From contig JALAGF010005973.1 of NCBI GenBank assembly GCA_030167865.1, positions 1-33,639 of the forward strand: a stretch of 33,639 bases of DNA. Reading direction: 5' to 3'. The position numbers and the translations under genes were made by a program. How positions within the stretch are numbered: the first letter of the stretch is position 1; every line of letters starts with the position of its first letter. Of the stretch, positions 30,406-33,639 are shown piece by piece. The notes below the pieces were generated by a model that was not told the origin of the DNA, made no database searches, and worked only from the letters and a program-made list of their open reading frames with translations. The DNA comes from Craspedostauros australis. Its lineage: Eukaryota.

Positions 30406-32533
30406 ATGAAGATTTCATTCACAGCAGTTGCGTTGCTCGCCTGCCTCAGCACCAGCAGTCAGATGGCCGCCGATGCGTTCACTGTGATGCCATGCACCAG
30501 TGTCCGATCATCCACAGTCGTCGCCGCACCATTCCGGCTCGCTGCAGCGCAACCGGACAGCCCCGATCCAGCGGCAGAATCAGGAGAACCCAGCAAGGAA
30601 GAGAAGGACGAAGCGGTTGGAAACTTGCTGGCAAATGATGAATGGGACGGATTGGGAATGGAATTGTCCGAGATCGTCAAGGTCGCCGTCGTGGAAGACT
30701 TGAAGAAGAATGCCAGAGACTTTTTGGGCAAGGACGAATACAAGGTGCGTCGTATTGCCTTGCGTTGAGTAATCACTGCGTCCTTGCTTCATTGCTCCAT
30801 TGCTCCATTGATTGCACACAAGCAAAGATCATCTGATGAATCTTCATCTCACTTCAACCTCCGTCGATCTCAATTCTTTCTGCCGTCCGATCCCGTCCAT
30901 CACCGCCGTTGCCATTGCCGTCCTCGTCGGGGTGCGCCATTGCCGTTATTGCATTACCATGCATCAACTTGCATACAACAATCAGGTTGGAGATATTTGC
31001 AAGGAAGTCGACACTCGTGTAAAAGGTGAAGTGGCAAAGTGAGTCAATGAGAATGATTCTGTACTGTACTGTGCCGTTCTGTGCTGAACTGAAGTCGCGA
31101 ATCATTCACGTTCGATGATGCCAATGGCTGACTGGAGGTATTTTAATTGATATCACACGAATCTTCGTGGATACGGACAGGTTTCACATGCATAGTTGTA
31201 CCACTTGATCATGGACTCACCCACTTCCATAATTCATGCCGTGACTCGTCCTTTCCTCTTGGATGACCTTTCGCCATGGCACCATGCATTGTAGAATGAG
31301 AGGCAAAGATGAATACGAACTGGGTGACTTTGTACTGGCGATGGATGACATGTCCAAGTCGGTGACGGAAGATGTGAGTACCATCGTGAAGCTTATCCGT
31401 CCCTGATACGATATCCTCGTTTGCTCTTCTGTGCAACACCTGTGCGCATTCGCCTTTATTGCCACCGATGCCAGCATGCGAGATTTCTCACACATTTCTA
31501 CTCCGCTGCTACTGCGATGACAGCTGACGGGCAAACCATACGAGGCAGGTGATCTGTCAAGGGAGATCGATAGTCGGGTGAAGGACAAGGTCAGGTAAGT
31601 CTCAAGGCGTGATCGCATATTCTGCAAATACCACTGTGCGCAAAAGGGGGTACCTTGGCGCTATGGCGATGAAACATGAGCGTGTTGATGAACAATCATT
31701 TGCACACCAACCGCTTGCTAACCAGCACACTCTTTCCACCATTCAATGCTTCTTCAATCAATGATGACGACAACGCTGATGACAACTTACGCCCACGCTA
31801 TTGACGATCATGACTGCAGCGATTTCACTGGCAAGCCATACGAGGCCGGTGACTTGTCGAAGGAGATTGATCGACGCGTGAAGAACAGAGTCAATGAGTT
31901 CACAGGAAAGGACGAGTACGAATTTGGTGATATCGCGAAAGGTACGTGAAGCAAACACGTGTAGTCTGGGTTGCGCATGGTATGGAGATGCCGCAGAATG
32001 ATACACTGAACAAATTGATGTTCCTGTGACGCACAGCATGCAGCGGGTCTCACTTACGCCATGTTATTCATCACGCTTACCAACGGTAATCTCTGTCATA
32101 TTCTTTCACGGTTTGTATGGCTTGAACACAACAGAAGTCGAAGAGAGACGCAAGGTGTGGGTGAAGGACTTTTTGGGAGAAGAGGCAGCGGCCAACTATC
32201 AATTTGGCGACGTCACCAAAGAGGCCATCTCCAGAGTAAGTGGGTTTGTCGCGATTGCGTGCCAACGAATATTCATGCCAATTCATCCAAAGAACGTGCC
32301 TCGTTTACCAATGTCTTGGCTTCACGTGGTTTCTCACCGAGCTGACGCCCGTGCTTTTGCGTGGCGATCGTCCACGCCATGCTCCCTTTGCTACTCATAC
32401 AATCTTTTCATCGCAAACATTATCCTACCATGCGTACTCGCAGTTCACGGGGAAGGACAAGTACGAATTCGGAGACGTGACGAAGAAGATCATGGGCAAC
32501 CTGTTCGGTACCAAGAAGAAGGACGGCAAATAG
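30406..32533 (+). CDS. Uncharacterised probably plastid-targeted YExGD-repeat protein, paralog B; exons 30406-30744, 30986-31038, 31295-31373, 31524-31594, 31820-31941, 32135-32235, 32444-32533 (284 aa)
   Basis: Six GT-AG introns give a continuous frame of 855 nt. The signal peptide ends AADA-F (ASAFAP-type), followed by a transit-like segment and seven [FML][TRL]GKxxYExGD+helix repeats. Internal exon sizes (53/79/71/122/101) are identical to paralog A. Confidence 0.92.
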
Positions 32534-32766
32534 TGGATGTATGACACGCGTATACTTGATCTTAGTTGGTATTGCATGTGACGACGCTGGATGGCATCGA
32601 TGTCGTCGAAACGCCGCCCAATCTCCACCATGCCGACTGAGGCATTGCCTTCTACTCCGCGAAGAAAACGGGCTTGTGCCATGAGGAATGGGAATGACAC
32701 CGACGTCCCCACCCGTGATGTGCATCAGCATCCCAACCCAACTGATCAACCATGCGGATCTGCCAG

Positions 32767-33096
32767 CTAATAGCCTTTATATTTGTGCCTCATGCACCGC
32801 GCCAAATCGCGTGCCACACCTCGACAATGATTCTTGATCTCCTTCGACGACGCCATGTCCTGTCTCAACAGCATTTCGTTTTCCGGAAACGCGAATCGTT
32901 CCAACAGCGTGGAACACGACGCCGACGACGAACCTCCGATCCTGTCGTTGTAGAAGTGCGCGGCTTCTCTGCTGCAGACCACTTGCGCATGGCATTTCTT
33001 GTGTCCTAGTTCCTCCTGAACGCACTCTTCTCCCGATTTGCCATATTGCTGATGGCATTGGTTCACCGCCAAATCGATCTCTGCGCAGCGGCTCAT
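32767..33096 (-). CDS. Small cysteine-rich protein with three CX9C motifs (CHCH-like, possibly mitochondrial intermembrane space), 109 aa
   Basis: ATG at 33096 in ACC context. Cys occur at residues 4, 14, 25, 35, 41, 61, 91 and 101, with helical charged composition and no signal peptide. Confidence 0.72.
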   Translation of the reverse strand: MSRCAEIDLAVNQCHQQYGKSGEECVQEELGHKKCHAQVVCSREAAHFYNDRIGGSSSASCSTLLERFAFPENEMLLRQDMASSKEIKNHCRGVARDLARCMRHKYKGY

Positions 33097-33639
33097 GGTG
33101 TGGTATTGAGTACAAGAGATTGCTATGTCGGGGCAGAGATGTGATGTCGGCTCCGATGGGGTTCTTTGCGCGTTGCAAACTGATTCAGCACTCGCGACTA
33201 AGTGTGTCGAAGATGAATGATGGACGATGAAGGAAGATGAATTGAGGAAATGGAGAGATTGGTGAGGCGGATGGGTTTGTTGCTTCCGCACACGCTTTGG
33301 ATCTTTGAATTAGCTCTTTGCTATGTGACAATGACTGACAGGAACTCCAAACACGCAACCTTGGAGAAATAGAAAAGCGCTAATCCAAACAGAATCTGCG
33401 ACGAAAAGATCGAAAACGGATCCAAAACCATCACCACAATCACAATGACGACAACGCAAACAGTTGATCAACGGACACAAATGAGGCAATCCATTGACGC
33501 AAACCCACAAGACACCATCCAACTGAGAGGCTCCCACTGGCCCAGAGACATGAAGCACAGACGATCTGATGGATTTTAATCATGATCAAGATGCTTCAAC
33601 TCCACTTCATGATCTCACTTGTATTCATTGTGCAATACG

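Noticed and set aside
17812..32533. Paralogs A and B as an assembly artefact, allelic copy or arms of a large inverted-repeat transposon
   Set aside because: About 40% amino-acid divergence with unalignable introns and flanks; the intervening genes are ordinary housekeeping genes.
1..33639. CRISPR arrays, tRNA or rRNA genes, prokaryotic operons
   Set aside because: None seen; the sequence is intron-containing eukaryotic DNA and the repeats present are microsatellites or protein-coding repeats.

Overview
Eukaryotic nuclear DNA, most likely from a diatom or related stramenopile. This is inferred from GT-AG introns, bipartite signal+transit plastid presequences and a copia element with a QVDD RT motif; the species cannot be determined. 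From left to right: the 3' end of a Ty1/copia LTR retrotransposon (RT/RNase H, PPT, ~190-bp LTR), a small orphan gene, and a ~1.4-kb non-coding segment with extensive collinear self-complementarity (4399-5825). Then come a plastid-type Tas-like aldo-keto reductase (3 exons), an ABHD17-like hydrolase (2 exons), SYF1/XAB2, EXO70 (3 exons), NUP160, RSL1D1-like (2 exons), a divergent SLC22A18-like MFS transporter and a small multi-CX9C protein. Two paralogous 7-exon genes (17812-19873 minus; 30406-32533 plus) appear only as fragments in the ORF track and encode probably plastid-targeted proteins made of seven ~25-aa 'FTGK-x-YExGD-helix' repeats. The two best leads are this repeat-protein pair and the candidate long structured RNA/fold-back element. 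All exon models, alignments and base-pairings were worked out by hand; no searches or folding programs were run.
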